Positions 44,961 through 54,949 of a stretch of DNA of 64,000 bases are shown here, piece after piece. A program made the position numbers and the translations under genes. A model generated the notes under the pieces. It saw nothing but the letters and a program-made list of their open reading frames with translations, searched no databases and was not told where the DNA came from. The first letter of the stretch is position 1; each line of letters starts with the position of its first letter. The stretch lies in sequence record NC_016571.1. One strand, given 5' to 3'.

Positions 44961-45865
44961 TCGACCAAATTATCTCAGCGCTGAAAATCTCTCTGAATGA
45001 ATGTAAGAAATTCGAGAACCCAGCGGAATACATTTATGAACTGAACATGGTTCTAAGTCGTTACAAAACAAACCTGTTCAACATGCTGGAAGATAAACAC
45101 AAGTATCTTCATGATCCTCGTGAGTTCTTCCAATTCCGCATTTCAACTTCATGGCGCACTAAACCTGGGTTTAGCCGTGTTACTACGTTGAAAGACAATT
45201 CTCCCATTATGCTTCAAGTAAATGGGTTCCAACCATTTGCAGGTGAGCGTAAGAACAAAGAGAAGATCTATAATAAGGCAGTCCGGATTGATGACGTTAT
45301 TGATCTGGAACGTATCATGTCTCTGAAGTCTGACCACTATTATTGCGGTCTGATGCAATCACCTGGATATGTTTCTGAAGAAGATGTGATTCTTACTCAG
45401 CTGGGTGCAGAGAAGTACGCTGAGATGTCAATGTATCTTAATCTGGATAAAACAGTTGATGACGTGATTGTGTTTTCCTTACAGCTGAACTCTGTTGTGC
45501 CTGACAGTGTGATGGCTAAACATAATGAAGCATCGGCAGCTGCAATTGCAGATAACCCAATGACTGCTAAGAAGCTGAGAACTCTTCAGGCATTGGCTAA
45601 GGTACACGAAGGAATGGAAGAACACCGCATTCCTAAAGATGTCAAGATGTATATGGATGGTAAGATTCCTAATCTTGATAGCGATAAGGAAAGTATCCCG
45701 ACCAATGTTGTTGATTCAATTTTTGGTGGTACAAAACAAGAAGCCGGTAGCATCTCTGCATCAGCTGTTAAAAAGACCGCACCCTTTCGGGCTAAAAATC
45801 ATCTTAGGCTGGCCAATTTAAATGGTGGTGTAGGAGCCTCCCGTAAGAAGAATAAATTCTGGTAA
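44957..45865 (+). CDS. Hypothetical protein with a basic C-terminal tail
   Basis: ATGA overlap; AAGGA RBS; ends RKKNKFW. Confidence 0.75.
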   Translation: MIDQIISALKISLNECKKFENPAEYIYELNMVLSRYKTNLFNMLEDKHKYLHDPREFFQFRISTSWRTKPGFSRVTTLKDNSPIMLQVNGFQPFAGERKNKEKIYNKAVRIDDVIDLERIMSLKSDHYYCGLMQSPGYVSEEDVILTQLGAEKYAEMSMYLNLDKTVDDVIVFSLQLNSVVPDSVMAKHNEASAAAIADNPMTAKKLRTLQALAKVHEGMEEHRIPKDVKMYMDGKIPNLDSDKESIPTNVVDSIFGGTKQEAGSISASAVKKTAPFRAKNHLRLANLNGGVGASRKKNKFW

Positions 45866-45902
45866 CATTAACATATATCGAGAATCTCGATAAGGAATAG
45901 AA

Positions 45903-46496
45903 ATGCAAGTTCTCCTCCATCGTTACTTCAATCACCTCAAACCCGATAATGGCTTTTATAACATCGGGGTCCATCCTCAAATGGATAACGTTTTAATCGT
46001 AACGTTAACAGATGAACAAGGCCGTGTTGGCATACCTGCTGACCGTTGGGCAATGGACGTCTATACTGATAAACTATCGGCTATTATTACAAGCGCTGAT
46101 AAATACGGGGTCTACTTCTCTCATTATTCCATCAGACGTATTAATGATGGTGATGAGGATGGTAGTTTCTCTTTATATGCTACATGGGAAGACCTGGGCA
46201 TTCATCCGAGTGCTGTTACAAAAGACATTCTCAATCGTTACCGTTCATACCTTCGTGATTACATCTATACGAAGTTCTTCAGACACATCTTGTCATTGGG
46301 TAGTCGTTCTCGCAGAATCGCACTACACTGGTTACACGACTCAGGGGACGATAATTACAGCACAGTCATGTGGCGTATTGATTCTCGCTATAAACTGATT
46401 CGAGAAGGTAACCTTTATAACGTTTATCTTTGTGACCGTCATCGCATGGTTACTCGGATAGAGGTTGAACGACTCACCGCGAATATGTTCCAATAA
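45903..46496 (+). CDS. Hypothetical protein
   Basis: AAGGA RBS. Confidence 0.7.
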   Translation: MQVLLHRYFNHLKPDNGFYNIGVHPQMDNVLIVTLTDEQGRVGIPADRWAMDVYTDKLSAIITSADKYGVYFSHYSIRRINDGDEDGSFSLYATWEDLGIHPSAVTKDILNRYRSYLRDYIYTKFFRHILSLGSRSRRIALHWLHDSGDDNYSTVMWRIDSRYKLIREGNLYNVYLCDRHRMVTRIEVERLTANMFQ

Positions 46497-46506
46497 CATA
46501 AAGAAC

Positions 46507-46536
46507 TCCTACTCTACCCAGTTGGGTAGAGTAGGA
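46507..46536. terminator. Bidirectional terminator (double CTAC/GTAG)
   Basis: TCCTACTCTACCC-agtt-GGGTAGAGTAGGA between convergent genes. Confidence 0.85.
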
Positions 46537-46555
46537 TTATTCTTGATTAAATTTT

Positions 46556-47194
46556 TTATGGGTTCAGTGCTTTCAACTGACCTTCTAACTCAGCGATATA
46601 TGCGTAGAGTTGCTGGTTCTCAACAGTAAGCTTTTCAGCACGTACCAAATCGGAAGGTTCTTCCACAATGGCCGTCTGTCTTGTCTTTTCCCATGCTTCG
46701 GCCTGTTCTTTAGAAACATACCCACGAGTAGGCATTGTTCCAAGAGATACCTTAGGGTTAGCAATCCCCATTGACTTCTTAACGTAGTTAGCGAAATGTT
46801 CAAGAGCTGCGTTAATACGATCACGAGTAGCTGGAGGACAAGCACCTAAGTCGGTGATGATACACATACGTTCATAAATAACACCGTCGACCAATGGGAA
46901 AGATTTAATATACGTGGATAACACATATACTGGTTCTCTCCCACGGCTAGTCAATGAAACGACAACAGCGTCATCACTGATAGCTTTAGCGACCATATCT
47001 TTATAGGTAGTCTCATCAACACCGGCTGGTGCAAAGACAGTTTTGAAAAGATCAACTTTAAGAGCCTGCATCTCCGGAACAGTACGCACAGCTTCGACCG
47101 TATAGAAGATCTTTGGATCGACTACGTTGGTGAATGGAGGTAGTGCTTCGAAACTACCTGCTGCGTACACTGCTGGGATGATGTTAGAACTCAT
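46556..47194 (-). CDS. Conserved phiKZ-like core protein (putative virion-associated)
   Basis: Coupled (ATGA overlap) to the 443-aa gene; C-terminal coiled coil. Function inferred from context only. Confidence 0.65.
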   Translation of the reverse strand: MSSNIIPAVYAAGSFEALPPFTNVVDPKIFYTVEAVRTVPEMQALKVDLFKTVFAPAGVDETTYKDMVAKAISDDAVVVSLTSRGREPVYVLSTYIKSFPLVDGVIYERMCIITDLGACPPATRDRINAALEHFANYVKKSMGIANPKVSLGTMPTRGYVSKEQAEAWEKTRQTAIVEEPSDLVRAEKLTVENQQLYAYIAELEGQLKALNP

Positions 47195-48522
47195 TCGACG
47201 ATAACTCCATCTTTAACGAACTGATAACGAGTGATCATAGTAATTTTGGATTTACTTGAACGGCGCGTAATATAGAGCTTACCGTCTTTCATCACACGCT
47301 GAATACCTTTAGGTGGCATCCCGTCTGGAGTCACCACTTCACCAGCAGCAAGCATCTCTTCCAAGTCCATAATGAACTTGGCCGTATCTTTGGACATCAT
47401 GCCCGCTTGAGAGTCGGTAGATGGTATTAGCTGATAGTCAGGGTAAATCTGAGATATCTTAGTACGATCCCCGTGGTTCTTAGGTTTACCCACAAAACCC
47501 ATTTTAGCAGACTTGTACAAATGCGGTACAATTTGCAGAGATTCTATGACCGCTGCTTCGCCCCACAGAGCACAATACTTGTTGGGTAATTCATCGCCAT
47601 CTTTAAAAGTAAAGATTGGTGAGTAAGTAGAACCAACCACAGTTTCGTTGATCAGACCCAGTTCATTCCAAAAAGGAACTACTGCGAACTCTAACGGGTT
47701 AAACAGATCAGGTATGATTTCTGCCCATTCGTCTTCGGTGTGTTTAGAGTTATTAAGGATACACTCCTTAATCTTCTCATACGTTTCTTCTTCAGCATCA
47801 GTCGGGTTACCATAATAGATAATGGTCCAGTGACCTTTGTTGAAGTTAGGTGTATTAACCACATCGTAGATATCGAAGGACATGACAATACGAGCAGTGT
47901 AAGGATTGGTATTCTCACCAATCAGTCCCTGTACTCGTGCCTCGATCTTATCCGTTGTTTCCAGAGCCAGACGTTGAGCAACTTGTTTATAGTTGTTGTC
48001 TGCCAGGAAGTCAATATCAGCAATGGCAATCGGATGAATAACATAAATTTCACGGTATGGGAATTCAACAGCGAAATATTCGTTAGCAATCCAAATCTTG
48101 AACTCATGAACCACGCCTGCAACGTCAAGCGTAAAGGAGATACTTGATGGCATCCAGATAGCATTATTGGTCACCATCACGTTGACATCTTTCCACACCC
48201 ATCCAGTTGTGTATGTCGCTTTCAGTAATTGTAAGCAACTCTGAGAGGAGTCGGTTGTTTTATTAGCTATGGCCTGTTGGTATAACCAATCCAACATGGT
48301 CAGAACCTTATCGGCATGAGCCTTAGGAATCTTCTCATACATGGAAGTTGCAGATACACCACGGAACGAGTAAAGATCAGCACCCTTTCCTTCCAGGAAA
48401 TATAAATCAGGTTCTTTAGAATAGGTCTTTGATCTATTCGTCAGTTCACCGATAGGGGAGTTAGAACCATTGATAATTAAATCATGGAACTCGCAAAAGC
48501 AACTGTACAGATTTGTTGACAT
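47191..48522 (-). CDS. Putative virion structural protein (phiKZ-like core)
   Basis: Long ORF in the core region; PIGELT...YSKE and PDLF.P.EF.VVP.W motifs recall phiKZ-like structural proteins (from memory, unverified). Confidence 0.6.
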   Translation of the reverse strand: MSTNLYSCFCEFHDLIINGSNSPIGELTNRSKTYSKEPDLYFLEGKGADLYSFRGVSATSMYEKIPKAHADKVLTMLDWLYQQAIANKTTDSSQSCLQLLKATYTTGWVWKDVNVMVTNNAIWMPSSISFTLDVAGVVHEFKIWIANEYFAVEFPYREIYVIHPIAIADIDFLADNNYKQVAQRLALETTDKIEARVQGLIGENTNPYTARIVMSFDIYDVVNTPNFNKGHWTIIYYGNPTDAEEETYEKIKECILNNSKHTEDEWAEIIPDLFNPLEFAVVPFWNELGLINETVVGSTYSPIFTFKDGDELPNKYCALWGEAAVIESLQIVPHLYKSAKMGFVGKPKNHGDRTKISQIYPDYQLIPSTDSQAGMMSKDTAKFIMDLEEMLAAGEVVTPDGMPPKGIQRVMKDGKLYITRRSSKSKITMITRYQFVKDGVIVE

Positions 48523-48574
48523 AGATTAACCTTTTAGATATAATAAGTCATATTCAAAAAGTGGTGGACACAGC

Positions 48575-48982
48575 ATGAACTTCTTTCTCAGGGAACTCAT
48601 CAACAGGGTAATCAGTTACCTGATTCGAGTTTCAAAAGGTGAAACGTACGAAGAGAAGATTGAACAGCTTCTTAAAAAAGCGTTACTGTTTGCAGCAATG
48701 GCTCTCATACTTTCCGCTACCATGACATCTAAATGGCTTGTAGCTGGTTGGTATCTGGATGACTTGGAAAGCTCGTTCGGTAAGATCGATACTTTCATGG
48801 GCACCCAGCAAGAGAACATGAACCAACTGTTCCGTATCAATGGAGACCAATATAACACCATCGTCAAACTCGAAAAAGAGAACAAGTCGATGTTAAGCGA
48901 TATCCGGTTCTTACTTGCCAACCAGAAGCAACTCGAAGAAGAAAACGAGAAGCTGAAGGCGAAGCAAAAGAAAGGAAAGTAA
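48575..48982 (+). CDS. Single-TM coiled-coil protein (possible spanin/holin-like lysis component)
   Basis: One TM helix followed by a long heptad coiled coil and a basic tail. Confidence 0.5.
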   Translation: MNFFLRELINRVISYLIRVSKGETYEEKIEQLLKKALLFAAMALILSATMTSKWLVAGWYLDDLESSFGKIDTFMGTQQENMNQLFRINGDQYNTIVKLEKENKSMLSDIRFLLANQKQLEEENEKLKAKQKKGK

Positions 48983-49027
48983 AATAAGACAAGGATGTCC
49001 ATCAGTTGTTAAATAACAAAATCAGGT

Positions 49028-50461
49028 ATGAGAAAAATAATGAACATCGTCTATTATATCGTGAGTTCATTCCTCAAGGACAAGAACGTGGGGATTTCCG
49101 GTGGTCATGGATATTCCTACGATCCTGCCAATGAGAGCAAGCGTAAGCTTCAAAAAGATGTACCAACAGTTTACGGTTACTTTGTAAATGGTAACTATCA
49201 AAATATCGCAGTGGATCAGATAGATATCTATAATGGTCGCGTTCTGAAACAACCTAATGAAACAGAAGCATTCCTTTTACACTTAGAAGCAATCATTAAC
49301 GAATGGTTGACTGACAAGAAAGAAGGCAATAAGCTTTTGGTTATCACAAACTGTGTCAAGGGACACAAGATGATAACTAATAACCGTCATCCAGAAGCAG
49401 TTAACGCTGAAGTATTCAAACGCGTTTATGATCTGTATGCTGAGCATAAGAAAGATATTATCATTGATGTCGAGTATCATGCCAAAGGCGGTGAAGGTCC
49501 TAAAGCTGCGACGAAGCAAACTGAGTTAGGTGAAGCACTCTCTAGCCTTCCTTCTGCTGATGAAGTTACACTGGATAAGTTGGACCTTAAGTCTTACAAG
49601 GATCCAGAGATCGATTTCAACAAGTTAGTGACAGCCACCCGTTGGTACTTCAACACCGGTGACAAATCTGACTTTGAAGAAGTTGATGATCGTGGTTACC
49701 GTAAATATACTTTTGGTCGTGTTGACCCGGATAAGCAGTATTACGGGAAAGCTACACCAGACGTTTATTATTCAACACTCTATACCAAGACACCAATTAA
49801 GGTTCTTGATAAGTTGTATAAGTTCTGTCAGAAGAATCGACCGAACCCTTACAACATCATGAGCGCTGGAAACTTGCCACACATCAAGTCTAAAGAGATC
49901 GCTCGTGTTATTGACACCATCCCTGGTACCTTTGGAAAGAAAGAGCTCATCGCTCCTATGACTCTTGGTAACACGGAGAACGCTGCATTAGTAGAGTTCA
50001 TCGACCCACCAGGTTTAAGTTATCGTATTCGTGACTTCCATCAACAACTGGACATGATTTATAAGTTCTTCCGTAAACGCGACGAGAACGGTGTGTACCA
50101 GAAGCACAAGTTTGTGGATATCACTGATTTGTTCTTTGTAACTGATGCTAAGGGTAAGACTAAAATTCACCCTGACTTCACCAACAACACTTTGAAAGTT
50201 CCAGTAGCCGTAGAAGCCCCTGGTTGTGTTAAGCCTGTTGTTATCAACCTCTCTATTAAGTATGACATCCCTGAGCGGAACTCACTCAATAGCCTGATTG
50301 TTAACAAGGTAGAAAACATCAAGGTCTACTTAGCTCTCGACTTTACCAATGATGCTGGTGTAGGATACTGTACTGTAGTTTCAACTCCAGAGTTTGACTA
50401 CATCCACTCCAACAGTATTGCCAACTTACGCGTTTATTCCATGAAGGAATTAGGTAAATAA
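49028..50461 (+). CDS. RNase H-like fold protein (phiKZ gp155-like), catalytic acids apparently altered
   Basis: GGHGYSY strand, NETEAFL helix, LVITNC strand and a C-terminal helix follow RNase HI order; located near RecA and the RNAP subunit as in phiKZ. Confidence 0.55.
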   Translation: MRKIMNIVYYIVSSFLKDKNVGISGGHGYSYDPANESKRKLQKDVPTVYGYFVNGNYQNIAVDQIDIYNGRVLKQPNETEAFLLHLEAIINEWLTDKKEGNKLLVITNCVKGHKMITNNRHPEAVNAEVFKRVYDLYAEHKKDIIIDVEYHAKGGEGPKAATKQTELGEALSSLPSADEVTLDKLDLKSYKDPEIDFNKLVTATRWYFNTGDKSDFEEVDDRGYRKYTFGRVDPDKQYYGKATPDVYYSTLYTKTPIKVLDKLYKFCQKNRPNPYNIMSAGNLPHIKSKEIARVIDTIPGTFGKKELIAPMTLGNTENAALVEFIDPPGLSYRIRDFHQQLDMIYKFFRKRDENGVYQKHKFVDITDLFFVTDAKGKTKIHPDFTNNTLKVPVAVEAPGCVKPVVINLSIKYDIPERNSLNSLIVNKVENIKVYLALDFTNDAGVGYCTVVSTPEFDYIHSNSIANLRVYSMKELGK

Positions 50462-50469
50462 TCATAAAT

Positions 50470-50500
50470 CCCCTACCCCTCCTAATGGAGTGGGTAGGGG
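50470..50500. terminator. Bidirectional terminator (CTAC/GTAG family)
   Basis: CATAAAT-CCCCTACCCCTCC-taat-GGAGTGGGTAGGGG-TTATG. Confidence 0.8.
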
Positions 50501-50518
50501 TTATGTTTGTCTTTATTT

Positions 50519-51607
50519 TTATCTTCCGTGAAGACTAATACGAGTCAGTTCTTCCAGTGCCGGAGTAATGCTACCACTGATTGTAGCTTTAGCGCGCTTA
50601 AAGATAGCCGCAGTGACTTCATCGATTGCATTGGTCTCAGTCTTACGCCATGCGGTATCGAGGTTAAGAACACCGTTACAGGCAGCCTCTACAGCTTTGA
50701 TCAATTCCTGAGTAACAGACACAGCACGATTGAGATCGCGATCACCTTCGTCGGTATTAGCAGCCATCTTATCTAAGTTGACTGTCGCTTTATCTTTACA
50801 CTCGGAAAGTGAAACACGGGCATTGATAAGGAAGCGGATGTTCTTCATCAAATCCTGATTACCAGCCAAGGTTTCTTCCATCGTGGATTTAACGATGTCG
50901 ATAGCAAACCCTAAACGATTACGTGTCTCTTCAGTTGGATCGATACGCTCGATCTCTTTCAGATGAGTCATAATCTGACCAGCAGCACGATCGACCACAC
51001 CTTTAACACGTGCTTCGATATTGGTAGATACCATTACCAATTTATCTTTAACATCGGCGTTGTTATCAATTTCATCGGCTGCTTCTTTTACCGCTGTTTT
51101 CTCTTCAGGAGCAAGACGACGTACTTGGTTACGAAGCTCATCAGTCTTCTTCTTGCGGAAAGCATTGTAATCAGAGAGCGCTGAAATGTTACCAGGTCCT
51201 TTAGGTGACTCATCAGTACCCTTAATGGCCTGATCTTGACCAGCCTTTAGAATGGACTCAGGGGTAGGTTTGTCACGCAGTTGCTTGAACATATTTTCGA
51301 CGGCTTTGACATCAGCTTCTTTTGGCTTGAACCAAGAACGAATGTAAGCGATCAACTGCTTAATGAACTCTTTGATCTTCACACCAGCTTTCTTCACACC
51401 GTCCATGAATCCTTCCTGGCCTGCCATTGCTTCCAAATCCAAATCGTTCAGCTTGAGTACAGTAGTGGTGTATTCAAGATCATCACCCAGAGGTCCATCA
51501 AAGTTGATGTCTTCGTGAAGTGTTTCAAAACCAGAAGTGAGTCTCACGACATGATCGAAATCACTCATAAGAGATTCAAAGCCAGCAGTGTCAAATGTAA
51601 TTTCCAT
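50519..51607 (-). CDS. Inner head/ejection protein (phiKZ internal-head type) with a cleavable acidic propeptide
   Basis: AGFE|S, SGFE|T and AGQE|G sites, then GFMDGVKKAGVKIKEFIKQLIAYIRSWF, an amphipathic helix typical of these proteins. Confidence 0.75.
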   Translation of the reverse strand: MEITFDTAGFESLMSDFDHVVRLTSGFETLHEDINFDGPLGDDLEYTTTVLKLNDLDLEAMAGQEGFMDGVKKAGVKIKEFIKQLIAYIRSWFKPKEADVKAVENMFKQLRDKPTPESILKAGQDQAIKGTDESPKGPGNISALSDYNAFRKKKTDELRNQVRRLAPEEKTAVKEAADEIDNNADVKDKLVMVSTNIEARVKGVVDRAAGQIMTHLKEIERIDPTEETRNRLGFAIDIVKSTMEETLAGNQDLMKNIRFLINARVSLSECKDKATVNLDKMAANTDEGDRDLNRAVSVTQELIKAVEAACNGVLNLDTAWRKTETNAIDEVTAAIFKRAKATISGSITPALEELTRISLHGR

Positions 51608-51647
51608 GTGAGTACCTTAAAGAGGTGGGAGTTACCCCACCTGTTAA

Positions 51648-53768
51648 TTAAAAGAGATCAGAGATAGTCGCGAACTTGAACTTAGGGTTGTGTTCGCAAT
51701 AAGGAGCATCAAGTTCCATGTCAGCCATGTACATTGAATAACTCTCGAATCCGAGGTAACTATTCAGATCGAATGAACCCATTGCTTTCAGTGAGATACC
51801 TGCAACGTCAGTAGGTAATCTACCACCACCCAACAAGACATCTACCTGTTCTTTACTCCACTCCATGATGTCGATGGAACGAGAAGTAATGTTTTCTTCT
51901 TTACCCGTATCCAAGTCAACCATGTAAATGAAACATTCTTCATCCTGACCTTTACGATAAATACGAGCGATGGTCTGCTTAAGTTCGTAAGATCTGAACG
52001 GGGCATTCATCAGAATGAGCTGGTTAGCCATTAATAACGGGTAACCTTCTTTCAGGGTGTTGTAGGTTGTAATGAGAGGGTTGAAATTAGGATCAGCCGC
52101 AAACTCATTAACTACCTTATCAATATCCTTACTGTTCTCACCATGCACCCAACCTGACTTAATTCCCAGCGTGTCGAAGTAATTTGTCAGTTCTTTAATG
52201 ACCTCGATGTAAGAGGTATAAATAACCGTCTTCTTCTTCACTGCATTGATCATCTCAGGGAGTTTAGCATGCTTAATGATGTCACGTACAGCTTCCATAC
52301 GAGACTTGCTCAGAACGCGTCCCAGGGCTTCTCCGCGTATCTTCAAGCTGAGGTATTTAACCGCTGACTTGATATGACGGAAGTACTTCAGATCTTCACC
52401 ACGTAATTCGTGTTCAATCTTGGTCTCCACCATTTTACAGTACTTGGATTTATCAGAGTCGGTAAAGTTGTTGTATCCATGCTTCTGGAAGTATTCAACA
52501 ATTTCGATATACTTGTCGAGTTGGGCTTCTTCAACTTTATCCCCAGAGATATACTGACGATACGATTTAATATATCTCCGCCAGTCGTTCTCATACTGAG
52601 GAAGGACTTTCTGATAGAACTGGATGCGTTCAGTGATGAAATCCATCATCTCAGCACGGATACTATTCAGGGTGTATTTATCAGCGCCAGGGAACGATAC
52701 AGGAACCAGGATAGGCTCAGGTGCTTTACCCATGCCCTCAACTTTGGTAATCGTATACTTGATACGGCCAAGACGGTGTGCGAGCATCTCGTTAAGGAAT
52801 GCGTTATCACGACCGTACATTTTGAGGAAGTCATCTCTGACATAATCATCGAAGAACTTATCGATGATAGTAAACAGAGCGAATGTTTCACGACCCTGTG
52901 CTTTAATCGGAGTACCCGACATAAACAGAACGTCAGAAACAAATGGGTGTGTAGCGAGTTCAATCAGACCCTGAGTCTGTTGTGACTTGTGCTCATTATA
53001 GTTGTGAGATTCATCAACGATAATTTTGATTGGTTCTTTACCATCTTTAGACATCTTGTTGACAAGGTTGTCGTACTCACCACGTCTCAAGTTCTCTTTA
53101 TAGATGATGAAGAATTCGCAGTCCAAATGGTTGAGAGGATCAGTACCATCAATAGAGGTCCATATTTTAGGAGCTTGCTTGAAGTACTTATTCGTCATCT
53201 CGTCAACCCAAGGTTTGTTAACCAAGTGTTTTGGTACCACGATGATGGTCTTATAGGGAGAGATCATTCTCGACCAAACTAGGCTGGTGTACGTTTTACC
53301 AGAACCCGGTTCTGCATCAAGTAAACAACCTCTTAACTGATATCCAAACTTGATACGAGAGTAATCCAGAAGGAACTCACGTTGATCAGGGAAAGGACTC
53401 AGTGTGAAATCACGCAGTGCTTTATTGAGATCATAAGGGGCATATTCCTGGAAGGTTGTTTGAATCCAAGTCTTTGCTTTGATCTCATCGAAGAGTTGCC
53501 GATACTTCAGCATTCCCACTCGATATCTGTTAACCTGTCGTTTATTCTTATTGTTGGTGAAGTGCTCTAAAATCCAAGCCAGTTCAACCATGAAGAAACG
53601 ATGGATTCTAAACTTGCGGTTATTTACTTTCTTGACAATACGGTTAAAGATAACTGACGTACCGAAGTTAGATCGCAGGTCTAATTCGAAGTCATTTAAA
53701 TTTATACCACTTACCTGATAGTAAGAACCAACACTTTCAACACTTGGCGAAAAGCTAAAAAAGTCCAT
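51648..53768 (-). CDS. SNF2-like superfamily 2 helicase/ATPase
   Basis: DAEPGSGKT (Walker A), IIVDESHN (DExH), MSGTP (III), QTIARIYRKGQ (VI). Start placed at MDFFSF; the track's 53846 start overlaps the divergent gene. Confidence 0.9.
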   Translation of the reverse strand: MDFFSFSPSVESVGSYYQVSGINLNDFELDLRSNFGTSVIFNRIVKKVNNRKFRIHRFFMVELAWILEHFTNNKNKRQVNRYRVGMLKYRQLFDEIKAKTWIQTTFQEYAPYDLNKALRDFTLSPFPDQREFLLDYSRIKFGYQLRGCLLDAEPGSGKTYTSLVWSRMISPYKTIIVVPKHLVNKPWVDEMTNKYFKQAPKIWTSIDGTDPLNHLDCEFFIIYKENLRRGEYDNLVNKMSKDGKEPIKIIVDESHNYNEHKSQQTQGLIELATHPFVSDVLFMSGTPIKAQGRETFALFTIIDKFFDDYVRDDFLKMYGRDNAFLNEMLAHRLGRIKYTITKVEGMGKAPEPILVPVSFPGADKYTLNSIRAEMMDFITERIQFYQKVLPQYENDWRRYIKSYRQYISGDKVEEAQLDKYIEIVEYFQKHGYNNFTDSDKSKYCKMVETKIEHELRGEDLKYFRHIKSAVKYLSLKIRGEALGRVLSKSRMEAVRDIIKHAKLPEMINAVKKKTVIYTSYIEVIKELTNYFDTLGIKSGWVHGENSKDIDKVVNEFAADPNFNPLITTYNTLKEGYPLLMANQLILMNAPFRSYELKQTIARIYRKGQDEECFIYMVDLDTGKEENITSRSIDIMEWSKEQVDVLLGGGRLPTDVAGISLKAMGSFDLNSYLGFESYSMYMADMELDAPYCEHNPKFKFATISDLF

Positions 53769-53783
53769 AATGGAGTGCCTTAA

Positions 53784-54890
53784 ATGAGCGAGAAACAAAA
53801 GATGTCCGATATTCAAAACCAAGCCAATCTGATTAAGCTGGCTCAATTCCTTCGCCTGGATGTGTTAGATAATGAAGTAATGGTTATCGAACATCAAGAA
53901 TGGCGTGATCGTTACAAAGTATCCCTGGCTGGAAATATCTGGTACGTCAAAACCCAAGCTGTCCCTCATTTCTGGTTGGCACTTGAGAAGGGCGACTATA
54001 ACTCTATCGGTGAATTGTCAGAAGGTAAAGACGAGCTGGTTAAATTCCGTCATGCTCCGTCTATCCAACTCATCGATCGTAACTTTGATCAAACAGGTCC
54101 TTTGTCCGAACTGATGGGTGAAGACTTCATCAACATCGATCGTCGCATGTCTGGTCTGGTTAACGCTGGTGCAGCGAACATCCGTGACATTGCCAAAATG
54201 ATCAATACTGAAATGGATCTGGTCAACAAAGATACTGACGTTGTTAAAGACTTCGATGGTATTCTGACTTTCAACACTCCGGTCGGTAAAGACTTCAAAC
54301 TGGAACTGTGTTTCGATAAAGTGAAACCTGTTGATGAAGGTAACGAAAAGATCGAGATCCAACGCACCCCTATTACCAAAGAAGACCAGGATACATATCT
54401 GCGTGGGACTGGTAAGAAAGTCGTTGATCGTCTGAATGAAGTTACCAAGCTGGTACAGTCTCTTCTGAATACACCTAAGGTTCAGTCTAACCCAGAGCTG
54501 CTCGACTATGCTGTACGAGCTGTAGAAGTTACCCTGACTATGGCGTTCCTGAACCAGACCATCACTTACATCTCCTTCGGTGGTGTTGATGATTGGCGCC
54601 CACAAGGCGAGACTACTCCTAACAATGAAGTCTGCATGAAAATCCTGGATGATGAAGTTGAACACCTGATCAAATTCCTGGATGACATTCCTAAACAGGA
54701 AGGTGTTGATGTGTACTCCATCGATATGGATACCTTTGCGATCTTCGGCCGTAACAATGACAACCGTGTGGTAACTCCTGCCCTGCAAGGTTATACTGGT
54801 GACATTCTGAAACGTTACTCTCGTGGTTTCGAACGACTGTTAGCAATCCGCATGGGTCTGTCCGATAACGCGCACTTCTTCAAGGCGTAA
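53784..54890 (+). CDS. Hypothetical protein (368 aa), probably highly expressed
   Basis: GGAG RBS; strongly biased codon usage. Confidence 0.8.
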   Translation: MSEKQKMSDIQNQANLIKLAQFLRLDVLDNEVMVIEHQEWRDRYKVSLAGNIWYVKTQAVPHFWLALEKGDYNSIGELSEGKDELVKFRHAPSIQLIDRNFDQTGPLSELMGEDFINIDRRMSGLVNAGAANIRDIAKMINTEMDLVNKDTDVVKDFDGILTFNTPVGKDFKLELCFDKVKPVDEGNEKIEIQRTPITKEDQDTYLRGTGKKVVDRLNEVTKLVQSLLNTPKVQSNPELLDYAVRAVEVTLTMAFLNQTITYISFGGVDDWRPQGETTPNNEVCMKILDDEVEHLIKFLDDIPKQEGVDVYSIDMDTFAIFGRNNDNRVVTPALQGYTGDILKRYSRGFERLLAIRMGLSDNAHFFKA

Positions 54891-54910
54891 TTTCAACAAA
54901 CAAACATATC

Positions 54911-54938
54911 GCTTAGCGAGGCCGAAACCTCGCTAAGC
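54911..54938. terminator. Bidirectional terminator
   Basis: GCTTAGCGAGG-ccgaaa-CCTCGCTAAGC flanked by ACATA and TTATG. Confidence 0.85.
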
Positions 54939-54949
54939 ATTTATGCTGT

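Noticed and set aside
54018-54788. 256-aa minus-strand ORF inside the 368-aa gene, and similar antisense ORFs over groEL, thyA and the helicase
   Set aside because: Same antisense-frame artefact; no recognisable motifs or RBS.
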